A stretch of 64,000 nt of DNA from Phoronis australis. Its lineage: Eukaryota > Animalia > Phoronida. The stretch lies in contig NMRA01000054.1 of NCBI GenBank assembly GCA_002633005.1, positions 807,674 to 871,673 on the forward strand, in the 5' to 3' direction. The translations under genes were made by a program, and so were the position numbers. The number at the start of each line of letters is the position of its first letter. Position 1 is the stretch's first letter. Of the stretch, positions 25,911-40,550 are shown one piece after another. Under the pieces are notes generated by a model, which made no database searches, was not told the DNA's origin, and was given only the letters and a program-made list of their open reading frames with translations.

Positions 25911-26923
25911 TGATTCATAATTTGTATGAAATATTTTTGTCTCTCAAGGGTCTTTATGTGTATATTTGCTTTTCAAGTTTGCATGCAAAGGTTTAGCAAC
26001 CAAGTAACTGACCGTTAGGCTGATGGTGATATCAAGCTTGGCGATCTCTTTCTCGTTTCGTGATCAAGTGTTCAAATTTGAGCTCGTTTTTGCTACAATT
26101 TATTGCGATTCTATTGTGATGGGCGCAATTCCACCGTTCACGAGCAAAACCCGAAGCCCTCAAGTTAGTATACAGAAAAACAAGTTTTTCTTCTTGACTA
26201 CCTCTTCCGGATAGATTTAATAGCATTGCTTATAAGCAATAAAATACTCAATACTTTGAAATCGTGCATTTTTTTCTATTAATGCCGTTCCCACGTTAAT
26301 TTTCAAGGTCACACTTTTCCAGTTCTGTGGGCCCTTGGACATAATGTTTTTTCTAACAAATTTGAAGTCCTCCAGTCCGATCACGTGACATTTGCAAACT
26401 GAGAAGTATCATTTGCGTACTCATTACTATGACGGAGGCCATGTGAAACACTCGTGGGAAAATTTGCGGGTGTAAGATGTCAGGTGCATCTTAGTGTCAA
26501 TTTCCCAATATCCATCTTTGAACACGCTATACGTTGATAAGTAGCCAATGGTAAATGACTACTTCCGGATCTGGGATGATGCAAGGTGGCCATAGCAGTT
26601 ATGGAAGGAAAAAAACGTTTGCTCAAGTCCTAAAACAGGCTTTTTTGTCATGTCCGTAGGGGGGTTCTGGGCCCACCCCTAGATCCACCTATGATGAATG
26701 TACCATAAGCACCTTTTACATAACCCTGCATCCAGTCATGAGTCAGATAAATGGAATGCATCAGCAGAAGTTTTGACTTTGTTGGAGGGTGATTGATTGA
26801 TTGATTTCATTAGACTTCGCAGACAATACATACAATTGAATGACAAAAATTTCAGACATGAAAACAAGTAAATAAGACACATGAAATGGTAATAGATAAG
26901 AAAAATAAAGTACATACAATCGG

Positions 26924-27074
26924 CCTCCCGTTCAGTAGCGCTAGGACCTAGCTTAAAAGCAAGACTTTGCGAGATTACGCGAGATATTGCCGTGTATTTT
27001 AAATAAGAGCACGTGACCTTGACTAGCTTTTGGCTAGGTCCTAGCGTAGGTCCTAGCGTCCATTGAACGCACGC
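26924..27074 (+). mobile_element. ~150-bp MITE (Harbinger-like), copy 2
   Basis: CCTCCCGTTCAGTAGCGCTAGGACC...GGTCCTAGCGTCCATTGAACGCACGC. Highly similar to 48488-48638. Confidence 0.8.
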
Positions 27075-28584
27075 TAGGATAGCGCCAAAAAGTGAGACAC
27101 TTATTTCCGTGGAGAGCGTGAAGACAGACAAAATACACAAAACATTGATAACAAAGTGTTCTTGCGTTCTTGTTGTATTTCATTAGGACTCGGATTGTTG
27201 CAGTTATGCATTGTTTTAAGTACTAGCCTATTGTTATTACTATTTTAGTTGTATTAGCTAAAAATTAATAGTTTAGGCAAAATGTGAGCCTACGTGATAG
27301 ACGGTTTCTTTACTTGTCACTCTCGGCTTCCGTTTTAACCTAACCATAAATCTGTGTTAACATGTGCTATGCAAATGAACTTTTAACACCACGGTGAACT
27401 GAGTGAAAATTGCTGTGTATCTGGTATTTAGGACAGGATATTCTGAAGTGTGTGTTGATATGAAATATAGTTGGAATATTTTCGAAGAAGATTTCGCAAC
27501 ACTCGATGACAGATTACAGTTGGGTGTTCCAAAAATGTTACTAAAAATAATCTGGGCTGTGAATACCAGGAAATTATTTGAATAGTGGTGTTTTGGAACT
27601 TCCTGAATCCCAGTTACTTTCGCAAGGCATTGAAGTAGGGCTCTTTGACCTTTAATAACTGGGAAATGACAAATGATTTTTCATAATCTGCAGAAGTCCC
27701 GCTCTTACAGCCTTGGTACGCTCCACAGAATGAGTACTTCCCATTCAAGTACTGTAGTTTTTGCTCAAAATCAAACAAAAATTTCCTTTCAGAAAATAAG
27801 GAAACCGCTTTTAAATTTTCTCAGCTTCGTTGAAAATTTCTCGATTTATGCGCTGGAGTTGCACAACTATTTGCTTTTGGTGACAAAACGCTAAAATTTT
27901 GGTCTCAAAAATAAGAGTCAGCTGTTATACTTTATCTAACTTCTACGCTCTGCAAAAGAAACTTTAACATCGTTGGAATAATAAAAATACTGTTTCCAGT
28001 AAAACCGCGTCTTGTTACCACTTTTAGTTGGGCGTGCAATATTTAACACAGTAAACTCACTCGTTGTGACAACATGAACAACAGTGATGAATCCTTTTCA
28101 GACAACCACAGTCTTAGTTTATTTCAATATATCACCCATTATCAAGTGAACCTCTTTGCCATTTACAGTACTAATGTGTGCGTACTGTAGCTTTAAATTC
28201 ATTTAGTTGACGATATTATGTCAAAACACAATAACCGGTCTGAATCTTTATCGCAATGCCTTGACGAAAATTTCGTGGCGTTTCATGTTTAGAAAAAAAT
28301 GCTGACACCTATAACTGTTCTGCTAGTGTTATATGTCCCTTTTATTTTCTTTTACATTTACATCAATGATATTTTCATGTCTCCTTCATATTTTCATATC
28401 TACATTGAGTACAAAGCTATTGTTCCAGTTCGTCTAAGCCTCACTAAGTCACAATACTACCCACTTTGTAAGTTACTTCACACAATAAAGCATCCCAGGA
28501 AACTCTGCAGTGGTCCATTTTTCCAAGACGAAGATAGTTCACAACGTAAACTGCGCAATGTTTATGACTTAAACTTGGCCATCT

Positions 28585-31500
28585 TTAATTTTTAAGGTAT
28601 TTTCGGTTTATATTTCTACGATGTCTCCACAGAACTGAAGGTGGTTGGGCGCCGTGTCCGTTGTCGTTGTTTTTATCCAATGCGACCCTAAGTTTGTCAA
28701 GAATATCCGATAAGCTGAACCCAGTATACGCTTTGCTGTTCATGTACGCACCAACGTCTTTCCGCTTCACCGCCAAGAATCCTGGAGAGTTTTTCTAGGG
28801 AATAGAAACAAATCAATCTTAAAGTAATCATCGGGAAATGCAAATTCGTGCTGATTCTGCATACTGATGGATTAGCCTTACATAAAGGTCATATCTCCCG
28901 GGTTTATCGTTGCTGTTATTACATTTTGTCTAGTTCAGTGAAGGTGCGTTCACATCACTTCGTAACTCTGTCTGCCCAACCCTTGATGGAGGTGATTGTT
29001 AACAAGGGTTTGTTTCATTCCTGTATTAATAAATCAGGGCACACGTTGCAGCCTGATTTGTTTCAATTTTGTAATAAATCGGGTTGTTGTAACAAATCGG
29101 GGCCGAATGTAGTGATTTTGAGAGCATTGACAAGGCCAGCTCGGGAAATTGGACCCTTATTCTTCCTTAGGGCGGTACTTCCACAGCCGGGGTCAACTGC
29201 CATGGCGTGCTCGGGTAGTGTTCTCCCAGAGCAGTTTGGAGCGGGGTTCTTCCCGATCCAACCAGGTTGGGTACAACCACAGTCAGCGCGGGGGTACTTC
29301 GATAGTCACTTTGTAATGTAGACAGTGGCAGTGTGGCGGGGGGCGCGGGTCTAGGCCCCCCCTGGAAAGGCATTACGGGGGCGTCAAATCATAAAATATA
29401 CTGCTTTAAGTTGCATGTATAATTTTTTTCCTTTCCTTGTGTCGGCCGTGTGTCCAGGTACTGGGTCGAAAAATCAGAAGCTGATCAGAACATGAGCTAC
29501 CAAGTCACGACTTAAGTTTATTGCAAAACACATGATTGTCTGTTACAGTCGTCTCCCAAGATTTCCTCCGTAAACATCATTTTTAGATCCCTATGGTTTG
29601 TTCCATGTCAAGAGAATTTCTCATACTTGAACTCACAGAAAACATACGTGGTGAACACATATAGTTTCACAAATAATTGTTCAAGCGAAAACACAAGAGA
29701 TAGATTACATCTGAAAAATAGTGGAAAACAATTTAACTACGGTATGCAGTAGACCAAAAATTGCACCATCTAAGCTGGGTACATGAATTCAAGTATTTCT
29801 GATCTGCTTGTTCATATCTCACAATTTTAATCCCGATGACTTGACAAAGTATCGAAGAAAAATTCTGGTTACGAGAACAACTTTTATGAAAATCTTCCTA
29901 AAAAGTAGCTATAGCGAAGCAGAAGTAAGTTCATCTAATCTAGGATTGGAACCAAGGAAACCCCTCTTGAAATATAAGATGCACCGATCTGTATCGAGGA
30001 CAAATCCTACAGTGCTAACAAGTCATTTGATTTACTTGCACCATCAAATGTTGGTGCAATCACCAACGGCAAACATTGTATTTCTTGAATCATCTCCGCC
30101 CCAGTTTGAAAGGCATAATTACTCCCACTTGTAGCGAAAATGACAGCGAATTTCAAGTTGATGAAATACGCTATTATATGTCAAATGGCATACCTTCAGA
30201 AACGTCAGATAATGTCTAAGCGTCGTACTTAGGACCAAGGACTAGAATCGAATCAGCAATCAATGGCGAAATTGACAGCAGTAACCACGATAATAAAATA
30301 TGTGAAACAGTAAATATACGTGCATATGTAGGTGCATCCAATAACGTCACCGGAAACAGTAAAGTGGCGCCGTTATGCCAGGATCCTAAGACATCTCGTT
30401 CACCCTAAAAAGCGTTAGATCCTATGAACTTCGTCTGTCAAGTCAACATCAATGTATTTCTAGTCCCAAAAAATAAGATTTTGAAAATGGAACCGTACCA
30501 GTCAGAAGAAACATTCCTATATTCCCGAAACAAGATAATCTGACAAAAACAGGGCAACTGCTCCCAACAAGTGTTTTCCACACGCCTTCTATGAGAACAA
30601 AGTGGTTATCGTACTCCTTAGCCATCAATTTTCTGTTCAGCATTCCGTGCCTGCTACGTTCTCCCTTTTAGATGTAGAGGGCAACTAGTCTAGACTACAA
30701 TATAAAGGATTTTGAGAAATCTCGAGTTCGAGTCTGAGTTTGAAGCCCGGCCTGGAACCTCAGGAAATCCTTGCGTGCGCGCGGCGCTTACATAAACAAG
30801 AGAAGGGCGTTGTTCGGGTACAAGTTACGTCCGTCTAACGACGTTGATATTATAGAATGCGCAGCTACGTTTTGTTAGATTGGCGCATTTGTACGGGATA
30901 GGTGATTTAACAAGTCCGTGAATTGTGTTCAGCCAAAATTAGGGTCGTAGTAAATTGAATCACTGCCGATGTGTCCTTTTCCTAGTTTCGTGGAAAATAA
31001 AAGTGTGTCGACTTCTTTTCTTCGCTTGGGATTTATTACCCATCAGCGTACATGTTGACCAAACAAGATTGGCAGACCACTTTCAAAATATACCACGAAT
31101 AACACTGTAAATGCACATTTTTAGTATGACATTCGTCAACTACACAAAAATCACAGTTGCATTATGTTTGCGCAGTTCGTGAAGCCTTTGTAAGTGTCGC
31201 TGAACAGAGTTTGGGGCGTACAGTGGGGGATGGGCATTTTCTCACCCCCTCTACCCACACCGTTACTTATTGTAAACCAGTGAAAGGAGTAAGGGGTCTT
31301 AATCAAAAGATCGCTTGTTGAATGGAGGCGGGTTTAAAGATACTCTAAAATGATCGAGTCCACAATCAGCACTAAGCTCAAACCGTATTTAGTAAAATAC
31401 GGAGATTGTCAATTCTCTTATTAGAAAGGCTAATCATTCCTTCTAAGCAAACATTAAGCTCTGCCAATTAGAGGACTGGTAATCTCCGGTGTATATTGAT

Positions 31501-34500
31501 TCATTGAATAAGGTAATTTTTGCAGGAAATATTTGCTCTTAAATTTGATTTGAATGTTAGGAAGGAAAAGTTTGAGACCAATTATTCAACGCTAGTGTTC
31601 CACATGAAAAATTTGTCTTTAGTATAGAAAGTGGGTATCAATGATCACAAGTACAAAAGTACATGTAACATTAGTATCGGCAGAAGAATCACTTCTACGG
31701 GTTACCTGAAATTCTAAAGTAATCTGGTCGTGTAGCTTGAAGCAAATTCAAAAGTTTCATGGAACCAAAAAATTGGATGGGAAAAAGTAAAAACTCGGTA
31801 ATTCCGGAAGTGCTAAAACTAGCGGCACTAGTGGATGTTTTGTGATGACTTGTCCGGCGAATGAGATATATTGCTCATTGTGTATGGCATTATTATGACG
31901 CGACTTGGATCCGCAAATAGGAATTGTACACAAAACATACCGTGAGTGGCGTACATGAAGTAATATCCCACGAGACATTATTCGAGTATCGACAGAGACC
32001 GAAATACGCTTCGAATTCCTAAGTTTTTTTAATTTTTTCGGCAGATTTTTTAACTACTTCACTCAGACTGTTCACGTAGCGGATCACATTATATTTGTAT
32101 GTACTTGCGCGTTAGGTTGCAAGTTTTTTTTTCTAGTAAAAGAAATGTTTTAAACGTAACGATCTATTAGTTGAAAAGAGATGACAAAGATGAAAACAAC
32201 GGTAATTGTGCATTGACCTTGAAACATTTCCTGAAAATAGTTAAGTAACAACAATATTTGATATTGTACTTACCGAGGAATCGGCACCTGAGTTTCAGAC
32301 GATATGATATTTAGGAATTGAAAACTGAGACAGAACTGTCATATAATCAACAGTTTTGTACCGTACGTTTGGGACCTGATTGCGTGTCGAGTGATATTTA
32401 TACTACTGCAGGATATAAATACGGAAAACATTATTACATGGCCTTATTGCACTCGACTGATTCAACGCGTATGGCATAAAAATGCAGCCACTTTCACGTT
32501 GTCAAAATAGATAGATAGATATTTCCCATTCAGGTAACCACGGGGGGAGGGTATTTCATCAAGATTGACCAGGTCCATATCCCTAAAATAATTGTCAAGG
32601 TGCTTAGTAATTTAAAGCGCTACGTAAAATCTGGCCGAATAATTACAGTGCTTTTTAATTTTGGCATTTTAATTTTATATGACCGTGTCCAAAACGTAAA
32701 ATGGCGTCCAACTAAAGAAGCCCACGTGACAGAAAGCGCCAAAACATGTCGGCAGCTGTCAAATCGGTCAGCTACTCTGCTTAACTTTGGCTCTATAGTT
32801 TTAGTCATGCTTATTTCTGGTTCGAGTAAATGAAGTTGTCACTGTGCTAATTCACTTCTGATGTGTTTTTCGAACGATGCTTATTGACAAATAGTGCGTA
32901 TAATCTCAATTTGGACAGTGGCAGGTATCGAAGTCTTAATTAGGCGAAGAATCTCAGTGTTGATTATGCAAGCGATCGAAGAAGACTACGTAGAGCACAA
33001 CAGATTTTCTGGGCCTCATATTCACGTAAATTTACATGCGAGCTTTCTTAAAGTAGCATATTTACTGAGTGATGTATGCGGCTTTTCATTTTTTAAATTT
33101 GTATGATGTTTAGTTCAAGTGGGTGATAGACATCTTGCTTAAAGTTGTGTTAATTTGGTTTTGCGCTTCATTGTTCACAAACCCATTTTGGTGATTGCCA
33201 CGGACGGCATTCAATAGTTCCTTGAAGATGTTTTGAGTAAATGAAATCTAGAAATTTGACTTTTGCGGGAAATTTTTGACACGAATTCAGGTACTCTTGA
33301 AATAAAAGAAAAATGACAAAAATCTGGTTGGTAATGACATATTTTAACCTAATTTTCTGAAATCTAGGGTGCAAAAGCATTTGGCTTCTTGTCTCTTTGC
33401 ACCTGGGTTGTCGTGAATTTGTGATTTTAGGTGTAAATAGACCATTGGTCATTTTTTGGCATCTTTTCTATTTCAGTGCACGTAGCGAGGAAAAAGATAT
33501 GGCTTTTTTGAATTTGTTCATCTTTGAGAGACTCCGTCGAGTGTGATTTCTACGAGTCATGCCCTTCTAGACATGATGCAAATATGGGATTTTATTGACT
33601 CAGACGAGTGTTGACGTCAAAATCAACCACTTGAACTTTGATGGTTGTCCTCTATAAACTTTTTGGTGGAGCCATTTCCATCGTCAATATGACATTTCTT
33701 CACTTTTTATAACAAATCTAGCCATGAACAGGTCTATTTATGACAAACACCATTTACAGTGATAACAAAAATGTTTTGAGTTTTGAATTGGATTCCCTAA
33801 TTAAAAACTGGCGACCTTTGAATGAGTTTTACTGTGCCCTGCATGAGTATGCCTTGAAATTTCACAATGAAAACTGAAACTACTTGCACAAATGGTGCCA
33901 ATAAATGTTTTTAAAGGAATCGATAAACTTGATGTTGCGAAAGTGTCATAAAATTTATGGTAAGTGGGAACACTTAAAACAAAAACAGACCACGTTTGAC
34001 CATGGGTCAGTTCACTGACCAGCCATCAGCTGTACTCCCATTTGAATGGTCAACGACAGAGCAGTCAAACATGTCTTTTATTACAGTCATAATAAATTGC
34101 ACTTACGTAGTAGTATCCATTCTTTAGTGCACTAGGTCATTAACAACGGAGAAACCTACAGTTTCATTTATGTTAAGCAAGGTTTTTATTACGCAATGTT
34201 CAGACGATAAATTCTGCTTCTGTGAGTAGAAGCGCGTCCTTTTGCATCCTCTGATATTTAAAGCAATAAATTAACTCTTTATTCACACCCGAAACAAGTT
34301 TTTTATTGCACAATTTCTGGACAACAAGTTGCATTTGTGTGTGTAAAATCAAGTCTTTGAATTCCCCCCTGGGGTTTCTTTAATGAAAAGTGACTTTAGA
34401 CTTTAATCACAAATTTGGTCTGGCAACCCTACATTATAATTACCAGGCTCATTAAGATACAGTTATGCAATTATTGGAGCATTACTACCGACATGCAAAT

Positions 34501-35055
34501 TGTTTCAGTCATTATAGATGTGCTCTCAGATACTTTTAATTTTTTTAAAAAGGAGTTTCACTTATGTTTAGACATAATTATGTGGAACGTAAGACCAGAT
34601 TCCTGACTCCAGTCTAAGTCACATTTCACGAAACAAACTCTAGATATCCACTAATTCATGTATCTAACAAGCCTATTACGCAATTCTAAGATGATTAATT
34701 TCATTTATGAGCGTATTATACAGTCTTTGAGTACCCCTTCGTATTCACAATAACAGCAAAAATCCGAGTTCACTAATTCTAGTGTTAAACAAATCTTTTA
34801 ACATTCAAATCCAAGGTAGTTCACTCAGTACAGTATGGTAACCATAACGACAAAAATATGTGTCCACTAAGTAAGAATTTGTTCACAATACCAGTAATGC
34901 CAATTTTAATTACAGATGTAAAATCAGCGGGAATCACGCAAATACAATCCTACCATGATTGCGTCGTTGCCTTCAAAGTCCTCGTTGAGGCAATGCACAC
35001 CAAACACCATCAAGCAGAACACGAAAATAAGAACCGAAGTAACTTTCTTATCCAT
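28585..35055 (-). CDS. Putative secreted neuropeptide/peptide-hormone precursor, 103 aa, two coding exons (35055-34954 and 28794-28585)
   Basis: Exon 1: gcaagATGg start, MDKKVTSVLIFVFCLMVFGVHC-LNEDFEGNDAIM|gtagga (signal peptide plus acidic spacer, phase 0). Exon 2: tttctattccctag|KNSPGFLAVKR-KDVGAYMNSKAYTGFSLSDILDKLRVALDKNNDNGHGAQPPSVLW-RHRR-NINRKYLKN* (phase 0). Minus-strand AATAAA near 28341-28346 and a TATATA about 40-45 nt upstream of the ATG. Confidence 0.75.
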
Positions 35056-38000
35056 CTTGCTCTGTATTCCCAACGCTAACGATCCGACAACATGTATATA
35101 TGTGCTCTGAGATAACTATTCGCTTGACGTTCATTTCCCCATAGATCACTTCTCTTCGACAACTCGTAATCGAAACAATAACAGGTTCGATTAACTAGAC
35201 CTAATTAGTCGTACAGTCATTTAAACCCCGGTGGAAATTTGTTAGGTCATCCATTAGCGTGTATTTATCAACCCACATCTTTCCAGGAAGGGGTGAAATT
35301 TAGTTTTCATTGTTTATTTCAATAAATAGTTTGGTGATAAGAACTTTGCGATATGGACGTCACCATTATCACTGCGACAACAGTTTAGATTACGTAATTC
35401 CTAACATTTAGCTTCCAGCAAATAGAGCATTAGGAGATATACATCATAAACAGAAATTTCATTGAAAATTACAATCTATGGCTTTATCAAAATCGATTTA
35501 AGTATAGCTTACAACAGTGAACATTTAGTGAATGAAGGAAAATTCTCTCAGCAGCACTCTTGAAAGCAAAGATCTTTGACGATGTGTTGATATGTTCATG
35601 TTTTTATGATACCTTTTTCAAAAAAGGGGTGCATATTGACGTTTGATGACACATGTAAAATTTTGATTAATCCCCTTTCTAGACACGTTTGAGTATTATC
35701 ACGTTATTTTGGTGTGCATATGTGAAGGGGAACCGCCATGACGTGTATGACGTCAATAATTCTGACCAACTGGAAATATTTCGCGAAATAACCTTTAGCA
35801 GATTAGCAGAAACGTGATGCGTAGTCCTGAAGCGCTATCCTCTACAACACTGGTTACGTCAAATTCCGGTTGTTTACATCTTGTCCAAGCGTCTTGCTAA
35901 TGTCCAAGCTTAGGACAAAGTTAAGGCTTGGCGCACAATTCTTCAGATCGTCGCACCTAACCCTGTAGCATCTATATACGACCCTTCTCTCAGATGATTG
36001 CCCGGCACTGTCTAAACTCCGAGATTCTCGGACCTTGTCTATAGTGAAAATTGCTTACACTGTCATATCGCCACTGGATCCCCTCGAAAGCTTTGGCGAC
36101 CAGTGGGGCGTTTGAAATTGTGGTGAAAGGTGGGAATAATAATGACGAAAGCCCCCAGACGTTTCATATCTTGGAACACTGAGAATCCGTAATACAGAAC
36201 TGCTTGTTTGCCAAGACACGTGTTACCATTTTTAATGGTCCCGTGAATCTTTGACCCAGAACTTGCTGAGCACTTGTTCGCCATCTTGATGAATCTTTAC
36301 TTCCTTAGAGTCACACATACTTATTACTAACCTACATGTTTTATTATTATTATTATCTTTGAATTGTTCAACCGGGGACAACAATAGTAACTTGAGTTCT
36401 GAAGATCGGCTGAACAGACCCACTTGTGAAAATTTGGTGTAACTCTAAGCCAGCATCGTCGTATAGCGCACTGTTCACTTTTCTCTGCACAGACAGAAAA
36501 AGCGGAAATAAACAGATCTGCATGAACATTTAAATGTAACTACTCGTGGGGAGAAATAGATTAAATTGCAAACCTCTCGAGGAAAATCACACAACATTTT
36601 CATGCAAAGACTCACAGCCATCAAGACATTCTGACCAAACTACCAACAATTAGAGAATTATTAAAAACTAATTGCTCGGGATCGAAAGAAAGAAAGTTTG
36701 ACTAACTTGAATACCACTATTCGGAAATTTGCCAAAGACAAAATAGATTAAACTTATGTGTAATGATGACATAGTGTATGTTACTATTTTGCAAGCAGTT
36801 TATCCCGTTCAATCCGCCATCTTTTTGGTCACATCACGTGACCTAATGAATATAAGTCCGAAAACATTTCTGCCCCCCACGCCTCACTGACTAAAAATAT
36901 ATTTATACATATGTTACTGTGCTTTCGCTTAAATAATTTGAAGTTGAATAGTATTCCTTTTACGATTGAAACATTATTTATGAAGAATATCGATAATGGA
37001 GTATAAATAACTTGATTATTTGTGCCACATTCACTGGATAGATCAGACCGTCGACCGGTTTACTTGTAAACTTTACGGATTCCATGGTGCCCAGTACTGA
37101 CAATCGTTACAAACCAAAGATTTTTTATGCTATTTTGCGATATAAACTTTTCTTCTGAATCAAAAACAGGTTAAATCTAGAATGTCCCTGACTGAATTCA
37201 CGAAAACATTTTTCAGGAGGGTACCCACACCAACCAGCCAGCCATCTGTGGAATACCTCCGAGTCCGTCAGGTATCTGTGCTCATGGATTTAGAAGTCGT
37301 CTAAACATCCCTGACTGTGAAACACGAAGGTTTAGCAGGGTTTGACGAAATCGAAGTGGTCTTTCCCCCCGTAATGATTTATACCTTCACATGGGCTTTC
37401 TAATGGTTAATGGACTCGCGTTTGAACAGCCATTTTACATGTGTTCATTCATTAAACAAACAGCTTACAGTTTATGAAGTTGAGTATGTAAATCAAGGAT
37501 AAATTATCTATGTCTCACGTAATGGCAGATTTACCATGAAGCTTGGCCTTCAGGCATTCAGTACCGGGGGGTGCCTAGTCCCGGAATTCCATTTTAAGTT
37601 GACTACGGAACGTGCTGTTTAGGATGGTGGGTGTATCTTAAAGTTTCGGGACCAGGGTTTCCCTCGCTTTACCCTCTAATAGAAGGTACAAGTAGGTAAC
37701 AAAGGAGTAACATTCCAATATCTTGCTGAGATCACCCAGTGAGTCCGCCACTATGGAAGGTAAATACGTGGGAAGAATATGTGCAAAGATCTATGAGAGT
37801 CTGTGAAGCGATCAAAATGGCACGAGAGTTTGCGAATTCCTCAGATCAAAACAAGGCCAACGCAAAACGTTAAAATGGGTCCACGGCTGTAACGCAAACC
37901 TGCAGTATAGGGGTGTTTATTAAGTTCCTACAATTTGGCCATTGTGATATCGAAGGGGAATTAAAACGACTGGTGCTGGCCCCTGCGTGATACAACTCTC

Positions 38001-39473
38001 AGTCAGAACCCATCAAAAATCTGTCAAGCTATGTTGATAATGATAATAAAAACAATCAATGTCTTGTCAAAAAGTGAAATGGTCAACAACATGTACCAAT
38101 CTATCTGATAATTAACGCGCATCATGGCCACAAACACTTGTCTCCAGTTTCATTAAAACTCGTAAAGCCGTTTTGATGATAAACAATGTACAAGTAACAT
38201 CTTGCCAAAAAATGGTCAAATCGGATTCAAAATCACGTAACTAGTGTCCACTCACATCCACCATATTGTACAAAATGCTATCAAAGTCTGGAAAGTCGCT
38301 TCCACAATAATCGAAGGACAAGAAAAATTCTGCCGAAAACTAAAATGGCCAACAGAGGTTGCTAGTGCAATCATCTCGTGTGCAAAAGTCAACTGGTGCC
38401 AGTGCATTCCCAACTTATACCTCCGCCATGTCGTATTGACAATAACGACGGAGTAGCAAAATCTTACCGAAAAACAACGAGGCGGCCACGTTAGGCAAAT
38501 CCGTTAGAAAATTACCTGGTACCGACGCATTCCCAGCGACAAGTTTGATCAAAATCTATCGAGACGTTATTACACTAAATGACGGACATCGACAAACAAA
38601 GGATGTTACGGTAGCCGAATCAAATCCGTAAGAAAATCCACTGGTGTCGGCGCATACCCACCACATATCTCGACAAAATTCAGTCAGAAAAATGTTTGTT
38701 TATGGAACGTAAACAGTGAATTCTATCTGGTAATTCAACATTCCAAATTCAATCAATTCAATCCAATTCCAATCATTTCAGAGTCCGCCATTTCTCTTGA
38801 TTATGGTAGTAAGGACCTCAGTCCGGACCTTGTAACTCCCTCTAAAATAAAAAATGCATGTTTAGGTTTGATGGAAATCCCGTGGTTTGAATTAGGAGCA
38901 GTTGTCACCAACGGTGTCCAGAAGTCCTTTGTAATTGCTTTGAGTGAAAGATGCTCAGATATTTGGATTATGCTCTATTCTTACTTGATACGCAGCACTT
39001 CTTTGTTTAGCGCGAAATTTTTGTTGCAAATACAGGGTAACCCTCAACGGAATAGAAATCGGAAAAATCTGATTGGCAATAAACAGAATTGATCCTGTAT
39101 TGATGGAATATATAGTGCATGAGTATTAGGATTCAGTTGTCTCTGCTTTGGGATCGAGCAGTCGTGATTTTGTGATTTTAGGGAAAAAATGTAGAATTGT
39201 AATTTTCGGTCATTTTTGGCATCTCTTTTTCTGGTGGACGTAGCACAGAAAATTGACACAGCTTTGTTGAATGTCTTTATCCTTGAGAAACACCATCGAG
39301 TGTGTATTGCTGTATGTTGTATTTTTTCAAGCGTCTTGAGAGAAAGGGGTAACAATAGGGCTTCTATTTAACTAGAATAGCGTTAACGTGCAAATTACCC
39401 ACTCGAACTGTCTTAGCCTCAATGCTTCGAGCATACTCACGAAACGCTTACACGGAACGCTATCCACTTTTAA

Positions 39474-40550
39474 GGTAGGTGTATACACTGATCAAATCTC
39501 CAGGTTCCTAACTAAAATGAGTAAAAAGGGAGTTTTAACTAGTTAGACATGACTCTGAAAGTGACAAAAATCGAAAAAAAAAGTTTTTTATGTAGTTCGT
39601 TTTTTTAAAAAATCGTATTTTTTAATTTTCAAAAAATCCAATTTTACCTCGATTTTTATTTGAAAATGCACAGGGATCATCATCAACTGTTTCCTTACGC
39701 AATATTCTACTTATCCATACCAAATTTATGTACAAAATCATTATGATCTTGATTTTGTGGCATTTTTTGTGTTTGAGTTGGGGCAAGCACGCCACTTTTT
39801 GTCATTTGATCACTTTCCGTCTTATAACTAAAAATCTGGTCCATTTATCAAAAAACCCTGGCACGCGATTTTACTTCAGTCCAAGAGGATTTCAAATTTG
39901 CAACTTTCGTAAAAATTGACCCACGTGTTGTGGAAAAATAGGCCCGAGAATCTTGTCACTATCCTGAAATCACGAGCCGAGAAAAACGGCTTTGAAGTTA
40001 AGCGGTCCATCGATTGCCACTTGAGATCAAATTTCGTTCAGAATGCGTGGTCATTATGTTCCAATTTTTGTTGAAATACTAGAAATAAAGCTGATACTTA
40101 CTTCATGTTTAGAAAATGTGATATAGCTCTTTGTTTACAGCGTAATTTTAATCATTTTTTCGAACTTGTGAAGCACGACAGACGACCAAAACAAATATGG
40201 CTGTCACGTGGGCGGAGCTTAGCGTTGATCTATCGTCTGCTGTACTGGTGTGCCGACCACACATTAAAACCATGTGTTGATTGTTTACACGATTCATCTG
40301 AACTCTCCACTCAGTATAGTAAAAGACACTCTATATGACACAGACTTATTTGTTAGTATTCCAATATTATTATCAACCAATATATGTGTTATATCAAATC
40401 GCCGNGGTCAAATATAGCTAAAAAAACAACTTTGGATTTTCAGAATGATTTTATTTTTCTTCAGTATACTGTGCATCAAGAATTAAGGATTAGGATGACA
40501 TAAAAATGTAAAAAACAGTCAAAATTATTTTTTTTGTGTATCCACCTACC
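39474..40550. mobile_element. Kolobok-like non-autonomous element, 1077 bp, no coding remnant seen
   Basis: TTAA|GGTAGGTGTATACAC ... GTGTATCCACCTACC|TTAA (14/15 TIR match, TTAA on both sides). Confidence 0.85.

Noticed and set aside
36063-36423. Minus-strand ORF MANKCSASSGSK... with a donor-like site
   Set aside because: No compatible downstream exon found. CAAGATGGCG may simply be a YY1-type motif.
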